62,697 nucleotides of DNA from Candidatus Yanofskybacteria bacterium. Lineage in GTDB: Bacteria > Patescibacteriota > Minisyncoccia > JACQLN01. Below the pieces are notes generated by a model that was not told the origin of the DNA, made no database searches, and saw only the letters and a program-made list of their open reading frames with translations. A program made the translations under genes and the position numbers. The first letter of the stretch is position 1, and every line of letters starts with the position of its first letter. Shown piece after piece: positions 46,583 to 56,371 of the stretch. The DNA lies in assembly GCA_943359335.1 (NCBI GenBank), contig CALRHC010000003.1, positions 1 through 62,697 of the forward strand, written 5' to 3'.

Positions 46583-49039
46583 TCATAGATTAAATTTTGG
46601 TTCGTTTGGCTGGGGTTGAGCCTGCTCTAACGATGGCCCTAATCTGGCCCGTGCTAATATTTCTTGCTCTACCACCTCTCTCTCTTTGCCATAAGTCATA
46701 CGAGATAAATTCTTAACAACCTTTATGGTTTCGGCGTTCCCCTGAACTGGTGGGTATGTTTTCAAATTAAAAGGGCGTGATGTTTGCCCTTTAAACATAA
46801 GTTTAACATAGGCATTATGGTTATCTAAATTTAATAAATCTCGTTCGTTAAAGAGCGGGGCTAGTTGTGGTTTTAAAAATTCAGCGTCTTCCACACCAAT
46901 TCTAAACATAATCATGGTGCCAACGTTACCAAAAACCGCCGCCTTAATTTTATCGGTAAGTTGCGCAATAAATTGGTGTGCCATTATCATGCTTAAACGA
47001 TATTTTCTAGCTTCGGAAAGAATAGTAGCAATAGAATCGGTGGTAAAATTTTGAAATTCATCTAAATATAAATAAAAATCTACCCTTTCCGATTCATTCA
47101 TGTAAGCCCGCCTCATTGCAGTCAATTGGAGTTTACCCACTATCATTAAACCTAAAAGATTAGCGTTAACATCACCAACCTTACCCTTAGAAAGATTAGC
47201 TAAGAGTATTTTTTTATTATTCATAACGTCGGCAAAATTTATTCCGGATTTTGCTTGGCCTATAATATTTCGCATCATGCCGTTTTCTATAAACCTACCA
47301 ACCTTAGAAACCAAATAGCCCAACATTTCCGATTTATGAAAATCGCTGGTTTGAGCCATTTCTTTTTCCCAAAAAGATTTAACAATTGGATCTGTAACCT
47401 TAGCTACCTTCTTTTTTTGAAACTCTTTATCGGTAAAAATTCTTGGAATTTCTACCAGAGTTCCGGGGTCGGCTTCGTCGGCCATTAAAGTAAGCATGGC
47501 ATTTCGCATATTGTGTTCAAACATTGGCCCCATTGTTTCTGGTGGAAACAATTTGTAAAAAATCGACATCATTTCCTGAACCACAAAATCACGCTCTTCG
47601 GCACTGGCCGCTTCTAACATATTTATACCAATTGGGCGTTCAATATCGGCAGGATCAAATAAAATTACATCTTTCCATCGATGCTGTGGAATATGCGACA
47701 AAGTATATTCAACTAAGTCGCCATGCGGATCCAAAACAGCAATACCATTACCCATTTCTACATCTTGGCGAATCATTTCTTGTAACAACGTAGATTTACC
47801 TGTTCCGGTTTGACCAATAACATAAGAATGGCGTCTGCGATCATCTGGCGCTATTCTTACAATTACTTGTTGCGAGCGAAATTCATTCCAACCCAAATAT
47901 GGCCCATCGTTCATACCCCACGGCGCTGGAGCCGAACGAGCCTTTAACCATTTTATTTTTGGTACTTTTATACCAGTATGCGGTAAATGATAAATACTCG
48001 TAAGTTCTTCGGAACTTAAAATTATCTTTTTTTCTTCGTCGAAAAGCCTAAAACTAAATTCAAAAATAGCATCTTTTGTTTTTTCTTTGCTTCGTGAAAA
48101 ATCGTTAACGTTTGGTAAAGCAAATTGGTTAAAAGAAGTTTCAAAATCTTTTAATATGAGTTCGGCACGCTCTTCTGTTGGCGCCGATGCCACCATACGA
48201 ATATTAACTTCAAAATTAGGTTTTGAAGCATGGTTATCGATAGCTTTTATAACTACTTGGTCTTGATTAGTTAAAGGAGGAAGAGTATCGGGTTTTGGTT
48301 TTTTAAAAAAAAGTTCATTTACTAGCCAGTTTCTTTTGGCTTCCTTTAAAGCCCTCTCGAAAGGTAAACCTAACTGCATTTTCTTGGTAACCTTTAAAGC
48401 TGTTTTGTTAAACTTTTTTGACACCGGCCTCATTAAAACCTGCATTACAGCGCCTTCACCATCTGTAAGTTTAGAAAACTGTGTAGTAATTTCGTTTAAC
48501 GGGTCAACTTCTAATTCTTGATACGACCTTATAGGCAAAAAAGAACTGCGGCGTGTCATTAAATAAGAAGCAGCCACACCACCACCGTGTTCGGGTGTAA
48601 AAATATTATAATCTGGAACAGGTTCTACTACAGCTTCCGAAGAAACAGAATGAACTGCTCTTACAAGCATATCGCGGTATCGCGAAGGTACAGAAACATA
48701 AAACCTAATTTCATTTTTTACATAAGCTATTTCCCAAACTAAATAGGGTTGGCCAAATTCAAAAATTCTCCACCCACCACCCTCTTTCATGGAAGCAAAC
48801 ACAGAATATAATTGTTCCATCGGCAAAGTTCTTTCTTTATCTGTTTTAGGTTTTTGCCCAGGTTCTAAATATTCGTCTTGAGGAATCAAAATCAAAAAAA
48901 GCTCCATATTAAGACCACGAGCAACACGCCCACGATTCTTAATGGAACTTGCAACAAAATAAAAAACAATAAGCCCGGCTATAAATAAGCCGAACAACAA
49001 ACTTACACTTGAAAGAAATCCCGATAAAATTTCTGACAT
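46583..49039 (-). CDS. VirD4/TraG-like (HerA/FtsK superfamily, DUF87) membrane ATPase
   Basis: RRHSYVIGQTGTGKS, LDPHGD, LYLDEFQ, SEARKY, AVFGNVGT. Confidence 0.9.
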   Translation of the reverse strand: MSEILSGFLSSVSLLFGLFIAGLIVFYFVASSIKNRGRVARGLNMELFLILIPQDEYLEPGQKPKTDKERTLPMEQLYSVFASMKEGGGWRIFEFGQPYLVWEIAYVKNEIRFYVSVPSRYRDMLVRAVHSVSSEAVVEPVPDYNIFTPEHGGGVAASYLMTRRSSFLPIRSYQELEVDPLNEITTQFSKLTDGEGAVMQVLMRPVSKKFNKTALKVTKKMQLGLPFERALKEAKRNWLVNELFFKKPKPDTLPPLTNQDQVVIKAIDNHASKPNFEVNIRMVASAPTEERAELILKDFETSFNQFALPNVNDFSRSKEKTKDAIFEFSFRLFDEEKKIILSSEELTSIYHLPHTGIKVPKIKWLKARSAPAPWGMNDGPYLGWNEFRSQQVIVRIAPDDRRRHSYVIGQTGTGKSTLLQEMIRQDVEMGNGIAVLDPHGDLVEYTLSHIPQHRWKDVILFDPADIERPIGINMLEAASAEERDFVVQEMMSIFYKLFPPETMGPMFEHNMRNAMLTLMADEADPGTLVEIPRIFTDKEFQKKKVAKVTDPIVKSFWEKEMAQTSDFHKSEMLGYLVSKVGRFIENGMMRNIIGQAKSGINFADVMNNKKILLANLSKGKVGDVNANLLGLMIVGKLQLTAMRRAYMNESERVDFYLYLDEFQNFTTDSIATILSEARKYRLSMIMAHQFIAQLTDKIKAAVFGNVGTMIMFRIGVEDAEFLKPQLAPLFNERDLLNLDNHNAYVKLMFKGQTSRPFNLKTYPPVQGNAETIKVVKNLSRMTYGKEREVVEQEILARARLGPSLEQAQPQPNEPKFNL

Positions 49040-49045
49040 TAGTTC

Positions 49046-49124
49046 TCGCTAATATACAAATTTACGCGAATATGGCTAATAAAAATCCATTCGCTATATT
49101 AGCTTTGATTAGCCATATTAGCGA
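49046..49124. repeat. GCTAATAT-based palindromic repeat cluster upstream of the VirD4-like gene
   Basis: 12-bp IR 49069-49080/49108-49119 and an alternative 10-bp IR 49046-49055/49115-49124. Confidence 0.7.
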
Positions 49125-49128
49125 AAAG

Positions 49129-49542
49129 TTAAAGTTTTTCGATTTTGCCCAACTCTTCCAGTTTTACTCTAAAATCTGGATCGTCTATTAATTCATCGTG
49201 AAGTTTATCTTCTAACCAAGGATCATTCATACCCTTAACCATACGAATCGCTTTTTCTAAACTATCTTTTTGGGCCACTTCTTTTAAATGCATTAATTTT
49301 TCCTCTTGAGGTAAATGATCTACATCTGCAATCTCTTGAACAATTTCTTCTTCGGGGTACGTGTTTGCCACTTCTTCGGCATAATCATTTTGATTACTAA
49401 CATTAGGCGAAGGGGTTTCGCCAAGTTCTTGCGGTAAAGATTCAGGAGCTATTTCTGTTCCAACACTTTCTTGAGGCGCCAAAACTTCGGGCGCAGTCTC
49501 AACTTCGGGGTTTAATATACTTTCTTTAGAAATTTCATCCAT
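49129..49542 (-). CDS. Acidic hypothetical protein
   Basis: 137 aa, Glu/Pro-rich N-terminus, DPWLEDKLHDEL C-terminal motif. Confidence 0.75.
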   Translation of the reverse strand: MDEISKESILNPEVETAPEVLAPQESVGTEIAPESLPQELGETPSPNVSNQNDYAEEVANTYPEEEIVQEIADVDHLPQEEKLMHLKEVAQKDSLEKAIRMVKGMNDPWLEDKLHDELIDDPDFRVKLEELGKIEKL

Positions 49543-49545
49543 AAG

Positions 49546-51129
49546 ATGATATTATTATATCATAATTTAAGCTCTCAAATGAAAAAAACAACTCTTTTGG
49601 TTTTGTTGGGCATTCTAGCAATATCTATATTTTTTAGATTCTACAATATAAAAGAAACCCCTCCTGGTTTATACCCAGACGAAGCTGTTAATGGCGTAAA
49701 TGCCCAAGACGCCTTAGAAAACCATAATTGGAAAGTATTTTACCCCGAAAATTATGGTCGCGAAGGATTGTTTATAAACCTTCAATCTATAAGCGTTAAT
49801 CATTTTGGCGCTTACCCTTGGGCATTAAGAGTGGTTTCCGGAATATTCGGTGTTCTTACTGTTTTTGGCCTATTTTTATTAACTCGAGTTTTATGGGGCG
49901 ACCGCATAGCTTTGCTTTCTAGTTATATGATGGCTATAAGTTTTTGGGCGGTTAATTTTTCGCGCATAGGCTTTCGGGCCATAATGTTGCCTTTTGTTTT
50001 GGTATGGGCGTTTTACTTTTTTTGGAGCGGAATTTTAAAACAAAATAAATATTTAATTATAATTGCAGGTTTAATTTATGGCTTAGGATTCCACACTTAT
50101 ATTTCTTGGCGATTATCTCCGTTTCTTGTTCTTTTGGTTTTTATAATGCTTCTTGTTAAAAAAGACTACAATAAAAAGTTTATTTTAAAATCTATTTTAT
50201 GGTTTTCTATAGCAGGTTTTTTAATAATGGCGCCACTCGCTATTTATTACTTAAACAATATTCCCGATTTTTTTGGCCGAGCTAGCGACGTTTCTATTTT
50301 TAAATCGGCGTCTCCTATAAAAGCTTTTACTGAATCTACCTTAAAAACACTTGGAATGTTTAACTATTCTGGCGATACCAACTGGCGACACAACCTTTCG
50401 GGTAGGCCCGAACTTTTTTGGCCGTTTGGCATAGGTTTTATTGTTGGCCTCGCTTTAGCAATAAGAAGATTTACTTCGGATAGAAATTTCTTTTTAATTT
50501 CTTGGTTTTTTGTAATGCTGTTGCCAAATTTTTTAGCGCCAGAAGGCGCGCCGCATGCTTTGCGTGCACTTGGCGCCATGCCGGCGGTGTTTATACTTTC
50601 TGCTATTGGTTTAAATAGTTTTTATATATTTATTCAAAATAAACTAGACAGCAAATTAAAAAAGGTAGATGATCAAAAATTAATAAAAAAAATTCAGCGT
50701 ATTAAAAAAGAATTTTCTTATTTATGTTTACTGGTTTTGGTTTTATGTGGAATCTGGGAATTTAGAACTTATTTTGTTGTATGGGCAAATAAAATGCAGG
50801 TTATAGATAATTTTGAAACTCGCCTAACCCACATAGCCGATTATTTAAACGGTTTAAACCCTAACACTAAAAAATACGTAATAGTAAACGAAACCGGATC
50901 CATAATAAAAGGTGTTTCTATTCAAGCTCAACCAATTATGTTTTTGGCGAGCAAACAAGATGTAAAATATTTAAACTTAAATGAAATTGATTCTATTCCT
51001 TTGTATTTAACCGACGCCACTATAGTTTTAACAAAATACGACAAAGAATTATTTAAAAAAATAATGGCAAATTATCCAAACGCCCACGAAGCCAACTTAA
51101 TAACCTTTAAAGCAATTAGAATACAATGA
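49546..51129 (+). CDS. GT-C (ArnT/PMT-like) glycosyltransferase
   Basis: PPGLYPDEA, NFSRIGFR, many TM helices; start may be 49579. Confidence 0.88.
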   Translation: MILLYHNLSSQMKKTTLLVLLGILAISIFFRFYNIKETPPGLYPDEAVNGVNAQDALENHNWKVFYPENYGREGLFINLQSISVNHFGAYPWALRVVSGIFGVLTVFGLFLLTRVLWGDRIALLSSYMMAISFWAVNFSRIGFRAIMLPFVLVWAFYFFWSGILKQNKYLIIIAGLIYGLGFHTYISWRLSPFLVLLVFIMLLVKKDYNKKFILKSILWFSIAGFLIMAPLAIYYLNNIPDFFGRASDVSIFKSASPIKAFTESTLKTLGMFNYSGDTNWRHNLSGRPELFWPFGIGFIVGLALAIRRFTSDRNFFLISWFFVMLLPNFLAPEGAPHALRALGAMPAVFILSAIGLNSFYIFIQNKLDSKLKKVDDQKLIKKIQRIKKEFSYLCLLVLVLCGIWEFRTYFVVWANKMQVIDNFETRLTHIADYLNGLNPNTKKYVIVNETGSIIKGVSIQAQPIMFLASKQDVKYLNLNEIDSIPLYLTDATIVLTKYDKELFKKIMANYPNAHEANLITFKAIRIQ

Positions 51130-52844
51130 AAAATTTAAAATATAATGTTCTTGCTGGGTTAATAATAATTTCTGCTTTGGCCTTGGCCATATTTTCGGTT
51201 AAGGGAGATTCCGTAACTACAGATGAATCACCCCACGTTACAGCTGGGTATTCTTACTTAACGCAAAAAGATATGCGTTTAAACCCAGAACACCCACCCT
51301 TAATGAAGGATCTTGCTGGGATTCCTCTTTTATTTAAAAACATAAAAATAGACACCGAACATTATTCTTGGAAAACCGATATTAACGGCCAGTGGACATT
51401 TGGTACTCATTTTCTATATGAAAGCGGAAACAACCCAGACGAATTAATTTTTAATGCACGCCTTGCCGTAATGCTTATTTTTGTTTTGCTAGGAATTTTT
51501 GTTTATATATGGACAAAAGAAAGATACGGCGCCAAAACAGGCTTATTAGGTTTGTTTTTAACAGTATTTTCGCCAAACATTATTGCGCATGGTCGCTACG
51601 TAACTACCGATGTCGCCGCTGCCTTTGCTTTTGTTTTGGGTAGTTACTTTTTTGTTAAATATATAACCCACCAAACAACCAAGAACTTAATATTTGCCGG
51701 TATTGCTTTTGGCATTGCTCAACTATTAAAATTTTCTTTAATTATTTTAGTGCCATTGTTTGTTTTTACTGGTTTAGTTTATTGGCTGGTTTCTAAAAAA
51801 ATATCTTTTATTAAATTAGTATCTAGCTTAGCCGGAATATTTGTTATTGGCGCCTTAGTTATTTGGCCTGTGTATGAATTTCATGTATATAAATATCCAC
51901 CCCAAAGGCAAAAGATGGACACACAATTTGCTTTAAGGTCTTACCAAGTTAAACCACTAGCCGATGCGGTTATTTGGGCAGCAGATAAACCATTGCTTCG
52001 CCCTTACGCGCAATATTCTTTAGGCTTACTAATGGTTTTTCAACGCACTGGCGGAGGCAACACCACATATTTTATGGGCGATGTTTCTAACATTGCTTGG
52101 AAAAGCTACTTCCCAACAGTTTATGCTTTAAAAGAAACTATCCCTGCCTTAGCTTTAATATTAATTGCGCTTTTGTTAGGAATAAAAAAAATCTCACAAA
52201 ATTGGAAAAGAAAAGCTAAATGGTTTACAGAAAATTTTACCGAATTTGTTTGGCTCAGTTTTATAATAATTTATTGGGCGTTAAGCATTAAAGGAAACTT
52301 AAATATTGGTGTACGGCATGTCCTGCCAACCTTTCCTTTTATATATATGCTTACAGCTGGGCAAATTAGTGGTTGGGTAAAAACTGGAATAAAACCAATA
52401 AAAGTTTTGGTGGTTTGTATTTTTTCTGTTTGGCTTGGTATGGAAACAATAAGCACTTACCCATACTATCTTAGTTACTATAACGAACTGGCTGGTGGGC
52501 CAGATAATGGTTATAAATATGCGGTGGATTCCAATTTAGATTGGGGGCAAGATTTAAAACGTTTAACCCAATACGTTAACGAAAATAATATAGACAAAAT
52601 AAAACTGGATTACTTTGGTGGTGGTAACCCAGAATATTATTTAGGCAACAAATACGAACGCTTAGATGCTCACAACACTTCGCAACGCCACGGCTGGCTA
52701 GCAGTTTCTGCTTCACTCCTCCAAAACGGCAGAGCCACTGCAACCAAAAACTTTCAAGGCGATACAACTTCTTATAAATGGCTAGATGCTTACACTCCCG
52801 TAGCCAAAATTGGTTATTCTATATTTGTTTATAGAATTGATTAG
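51126..52844 (+). CDS. GT-C (family 39/83-like) glycosyltransferase
   Basis: TTDESPH, NPEHPPLMK, HGRYVTTD, VDSNLDWGQDL. Confidence 0.88.
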   Translation: MKNLKYNVLAGLIIISALALAIFSVKGDSVTTDESPHVTAGYSYLTQKDMRLNPEHPPLMKDLAGIPLLFKNIKIDTEHYSWKTDINGQWTFGTHFLYESGNNPDELIFNARLAVMLIFVLLGIFVYIWTKERYGAKTGLLGLFLTVFSPNIIAHGRYVTTDVAAAFAFVLGSYFFVKYITHQTTKNLIFAGIAFGIAQLLKFSLIILVPLFVFTGLVYWLVSKKISFIKLVSSLAGIFVIGALVIWPVYEFHVYKYPPQRQKMDTQFALRSYQVKPLADAVIWAADKPLLRPYAQYSLGLLMVFQRTGGGNTTYFMGDVSNIAWKSYFPTVYALKETIPALALILIALLLGIKKISQNWKRKAKWFTENFTEFVWLSFIIIYWALSIKGNLNIGVRHVLPTFPFIYMLTAGQISGWVKTGIKPIKVLVVCIFSVWLGMETISTYPYYLSYYNELAGGPDNGYKYAVDSNLDWGQDLKRLTQYVNENNIDKIKLDYFGGGNPEYYLGNKYERLDAHNTSQRHGWLAVSASLLQNGRATATKNFQGDTTSYKWLDAYTPVAKIGYSIFVYRID

Positions 52845-52860
52845 TGAGAATTGATATGCT

Positions 52861-53727
52861 TTAATAACCTATCTTAAATTTTAACTTGAATTTATTTTGA
52901 TACTGGTATTCATGTAGTTTTTCAATAAAATTTGATTTTTCATTATAAAATTTCCGAGGTACAAAAAAATCTTTTATCTTTTCATTTAACCAAATAGAAA
53001 TTTTCTCACAAAAAGATAGAAGCAAGAAGAAAGATAGGGTTACTAGAGGGTTTGCAACAGTAAATTCAGCGATCCATTTATATCGCGTAAACAAAATTGC
53101 CACTAAAAAAGCAAAAAACAAACCGATAAAAAGTGTGTTTCTGAAAATCAAAAAATATTTAAAAAAAGGATCTATATTGTTTATTTTCTCTTCTGAGTAA
53201 GTTTGTTTCTGGTTAAAATTAAATTTATCAACTGCAGTTTCTACACGATCGTAGTGTTTATCTGAAAGCCAAAAAATAAATTTTAAAATGAAGTTGGCAG
53301 TTGAATTAGCTTTACGTTTCCAGGAAAGTCGATCTGATAAATGGTTAAAAGTTAAAATACGAACAAATTCATTCATTGTAAAATTTTTATTTGTCACCTG
53401 ATGAATTATTTTTTTTGAATTTTTATCAAATTTAAACTCTCCAACGTCTGATATAAAATTTGTAACTTTTTTATTATATTCTTCACCATCTGTTATTACA
53501 TACTCAACATCTTTATCTCTACTTTGGGGCTTAGTCATATCCACACCATAAAAAAAACCTTTGTCGAGATCGCCAATTTTTATAAACATTCGTCTACCAT
53601 CCTTATGGTAAGGAGAATTTTTAGGATACTTCCTAATTAACGAAAAACCAATATCATTTCTGAATGCGGTGATAGATTCATCATCTTCTTCCATTGTATA
53701 CAGTTCTTTGAATTCTTCACTGTTCAT
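52861..53727 (-). CDS. Hypothetical protein with 2 C-terminal TM helices
   Basis: 288 aa; start overlaps the upstream stop (ATGA). Confidence 0.75.
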   Translation of the reverse strand: MNSEEFKELYTMEEDDESITAFRNDIGFSLIRKYPKNSPYHKDGRRMFIKIGDLDKGFFYGVDMTKPQSRDKDVEYVITDGEEYNKKVTNFISDVGEFKFDKNSKKIIHQVTNKNFTMNEFVRILTFNHLSDRLSWKRKANSTANFILKFIFWLSDKHYDRVETAVDKFNFNQKQTYSEEKINNIDPFFKYFLIFRNTLFIGLFFAFLVAILFTRYKWIAEFTVANPLVTLSFFLLLSFCEKISIWLNEKIKDFFVPRKFYNEKSNFIEKLHEYQYQNKFKLKFKIGY

Positions 53728-54836
53728 ATTTTTGAAAAACCATTATCTTGACCGATGACTATCAATTTTTGATCTTTAACTGTTGCAACGCCTAAATCCA
53801 AGGAATTAATAAATTTTACATATGAAGTATCCTTGGGTTCTTGTGATGGAACTAACAAATTATAAGATTCTTTAAATGTTATTCCTTTTTCTTTTTTAAA
53901 TTTATCAATCTCAAAGTAATCGTATTCAAAAAGCTGTACAATACCCTTGCGGGCTTGAACTCGAAAATTTCTATTTTCCGTACTCTTTACTTCAAAAAGA
54001 AATGACTTTGATTCGTTGTGTGCAAATAAATCAACGTGCTTATTTGAGAGAGTTGCGTAACCCTTGTCACGGAAAATATTTATAAGCTCTTGCAAAACTG
54101 TATGATGTGATAATTCAGCACGCGCCAAAATATCATTATCTCTTGTTATGTGAGAATATGGTTTAACTATTATTCTTTTATTTAGTTCTTCTAAAAATCT
54201 CAAAGAAGCTGCCGAGCGCAGTGTTTCTGTGGCACTGTGGACTTCAGCCATATCTGATAACTTTTCTTCGTTTTTGATTTGACCTCTTAATGAGTGGCCA
54301 GAATATAGATAAAGAGGCCTATCTTGAAATAAAATCTGTTTAGCTACATCAAAAGACACGCTAGAAAAACTACCCATTTGAGGGAATCCTTTAATATTAG
54401 CTATAGGAATTCGATTCACCAATAATTTATCAATTAGTTTTTCTGTTTTTGCATCATTTTTAGGCTCAGGCGACTCCCATATTGCTGGATCAAGTATTTC
54501 ACTAAACAAATATACCTCAGTTAACGGTACTAACAGCGGCCACCTGTTTACTTTATTTTTTATCTCGTAATGCCAGAGAGGTGCTTCCTTTATAGAGAAA
54601 TCGAAACCGACAACCCCAATTCCAATAATTCCCGAAACAGCATTATTGAATGCAGACGTTTGTGAACCGGTACTATGGATAAAAAACACATCTCCAGTTT
54701 GAATATTTTTCCAACGTTCTCTGTGATGTTCCTCTAATCCCCATGTCCAATATTTTAACGCCGTTAACCAGTGTTCTGGCGGCCCCGTAAATCTATAAAA
54801 TCGTTTAGCGTTAAGTGCACTTTTTAAATCAATCAT
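53724..54836 (-). CDS. EVE/PUA-like domain fused to PD-(D/E)XK nuclease (putative modification-dependent endonuclease)
   Basis: EHW..WTWG..W.NIQTGDVFF..GIIGIG..W..RWP (EVE-like); VDLFA..FEVKS..KGIVQLFEY (nuclease). Confidence 0.7.
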   Translation of the reverse strand: MIDLKSALNAKRFYRFTGPPEHWLTALKYWTWGLEEHHRERWKNIQTGDVFFIHSTGSQTSAFNNAVSGIIGIGVVGFDFSIKEAPLWHYEIKNKVNRWPLLVPLTEVYLFSEILDPAIWESPEPKNDAKTEKLIDKLLVNRIPIANIKGFPQMGSFSSVSFDVAKQILFQDRPLYLYSGHSLRGQIKNEEKLSDMAEVHSATETLRSAASLRFLEELNKRIIVKPYSHITRDNDILARAELSHHTVLQELINIFRDKGYATLSNKHVDLFAHNESKSFLFEVKSTENRNFRVQARKGIVQLFEYDYFEIDKFKKEKGITFKESYNLLVPSQEPKDTSYVKFINSLDLGVATVKDQKLIVIGQDNGFSKI

Positions 54837-55180
54837 AATTTATTGTATTTTATATATTTTCCCTTTGCTTTTTCAACAGGATATTTTTCTTCATTCTTTA
54901 AAATCTTATTTTCGAGCGCCTCTAAAACATCAATCTTGAGATCATTACTCATCAGAAGTACCCAATACAAAACATCAGCCAATTCTTCTCCAATATCAGA
55001 TTTATTCGTTACTATATATTTCTCCATCTCTTCCTTGCTCTTCCACTGGAAATGCTCCATAACTTCAGTTGCTTCTAAGACCAAAGACAGTGCAACATCC
55101 TTGGGGTTATGAAATTGCTTCCAATCTCGTGCGTCGCGAAAAGCGATAATTCTTTTTGTTAAATCATTAATATTTTTCAT
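54833..55180 (-). CDS. MazG-like (dCTPP1/RS21-C6-type) nucleotide pyrophosphohydrolase
   Basis: RDWKQFHNPKD..LVLEATEVMEHFQW..EELADV..KNEEKYP. Confidence 0.93.
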   Translation of the reverse strand: MKNINDLTKRIIAFRDARDWKQFHNPKDVALSLVLEATEVMEHFQWKSKEEMEKYIVTNKSDIGEELADVLYWVLLMSNDLKIDVLEALENKILKNEEKYPVEKAKGKYIKYNKL

Positions 55181-55184
55181 AAGT

Positions 55185-55292
55185 TTATTTAAACTTATAA
55201 TACACCTTATTCTGTATGCGTAAATCTAAATAGTCTAATAATGCGGTTGGGCCGGATTTTTTAATCTCAACTTTTGTTTCTGATTCGTTCAT
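55185..55292 (-). pseudogene. Displaced duplicate 3' end of the ftsQ-like gene (35-aa ORF)
   Basis: MNESETK + VEIKKSGPTALLDYLDLRIQNKVYYKFK; 66/68 nt identical between 55204-55271 and 56391-56458. Confidence 0.85.
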
Positions 55293-55293
55293 A

Positions 55294-56151
55294 TTATCTT
55301 TTCCTTCCCCCACCCTTCAAAGATTTCTGATTTTTAAAATTATCTTTTGATATTACTTTTTTACCTGTCTGTATCTCAATGTCTTTTCTGGTTCTGCCAG
55401 CAACGCCTCCACCAACCATTGCATCTCTTTTGAGATCGTCTAATCCACGAGAATCTTTTTCTGAAGTTATTTTTGTCGTGGTCGCCTCACCCAACATGGT
55501 CAGAATAAGTTCTATATCTCCCATATGATCACGCAAATTATCACCAGCTTTTTTATCAAGATTTTTATAATCCATATACTCTTTAGCGCTTTTATCAAAA
55601 GTTGCTTTGTATATTTCATCAGTCAGAATTGCATATTCAAAGCCTTTCGACACTCCACGCTCTTTCCATTCGTCAGTCAGCGTATTTCTAACTGCAATAC
55701 CACGCATACGCTTATCAACCCACTCCTTTGGATACCCCTTTTTGTCATATATTTCCTTTGCTCTTGTTACGGCAAGCTCAGGATTCTGAATTTCCTCAAT
55801 ACGCTCTTGCCCAACTCGAGCGAGCCATTGTTTAAATGGCTCAGCTTTTGGTGATGGTATTGATTGGATAATGCGGAAAGTACCCTGTAAATTAGACACG
55901 TCCGTCAGATAAGACTTACCATCGGAAGACTGCAATTTCAGTTGTCCGATTTTATCGGACAACTCGCTTCCTTCATCTTTTAGCTTTCTTTTTAAATCAT
56001 CCCAGTATTTTCTTGGTCTTTCACTTCCAGATAAGATAGCTATGATGTCAATTACTGAAAAATACCACTCTTCATTATGCCAAGCTCTACGAACCTCTTT
56101 TTCTTCAAAAATCGTCGGATGCATATTAGTTTGTGTTGATTTCTTTTTCAT
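55294..56151 (-). CDS. Bro-N domain (antirepressor-like) protein
   Basis: VRRAWHNEEWYFSVIDII..PRKYW, RIIQSIPSPKAEPFKQWLA, NLRDHM. Confidence 0.9.
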   Translation of the reverse strand: MKKKSTQTNMHPTIFEEKEVRRAWHNEEWYFSVIDIIAILSGSERPRKYWDDLKRKLKDEGSELSDKIGQLKLQSSDGKSYLTDVSNLQGTFRIIQSIPSPKAEPFKQWLARVGQERIEEIQNPELAVTRAKEIYDKKGYPKEWVDKRMRGIAVRNTLTDEWKERGVSKGFEYAILTDEIYKATFDKSAKEYMDYKNLDKKAGDNLRDHMGDIELILTMLGEATTTKITSEKDSRGLDDLKRDAMVGGGVAGRTRKDIEIQTGKKVISKDNFKNQKSLKGGGRKR

Positions 56152-56186
56152 AATTATCTCAAAAACTTGCTATTTTCCTAAATTTG

Positions 56187-56369
56187 AGTTGTTGCATTTT
56201 TTGCAACAGTTGATTTTTCATCAAGTTATTTTTTTATTTTTGAACTATCCGGAAATTCCGGATAACTGAATTTTTACCAAGTTTTTTTCCTTCTTTTTGA
56301 ACTATTCGGAAATTCCGAATAGTTGCCTTTCTATTTAACTCCTATCTATCGAAGTTCCACTTCGATAGA
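56187..56369. repeat. Array of four palindromes; three encode RhuM-type motif variants on the minus strand
   Basis: IRs 56190-56208, 56246-56264, 56300-56324, 56345-56369. Confidence 0.8.
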
Positions 56370-56371
56370 AG

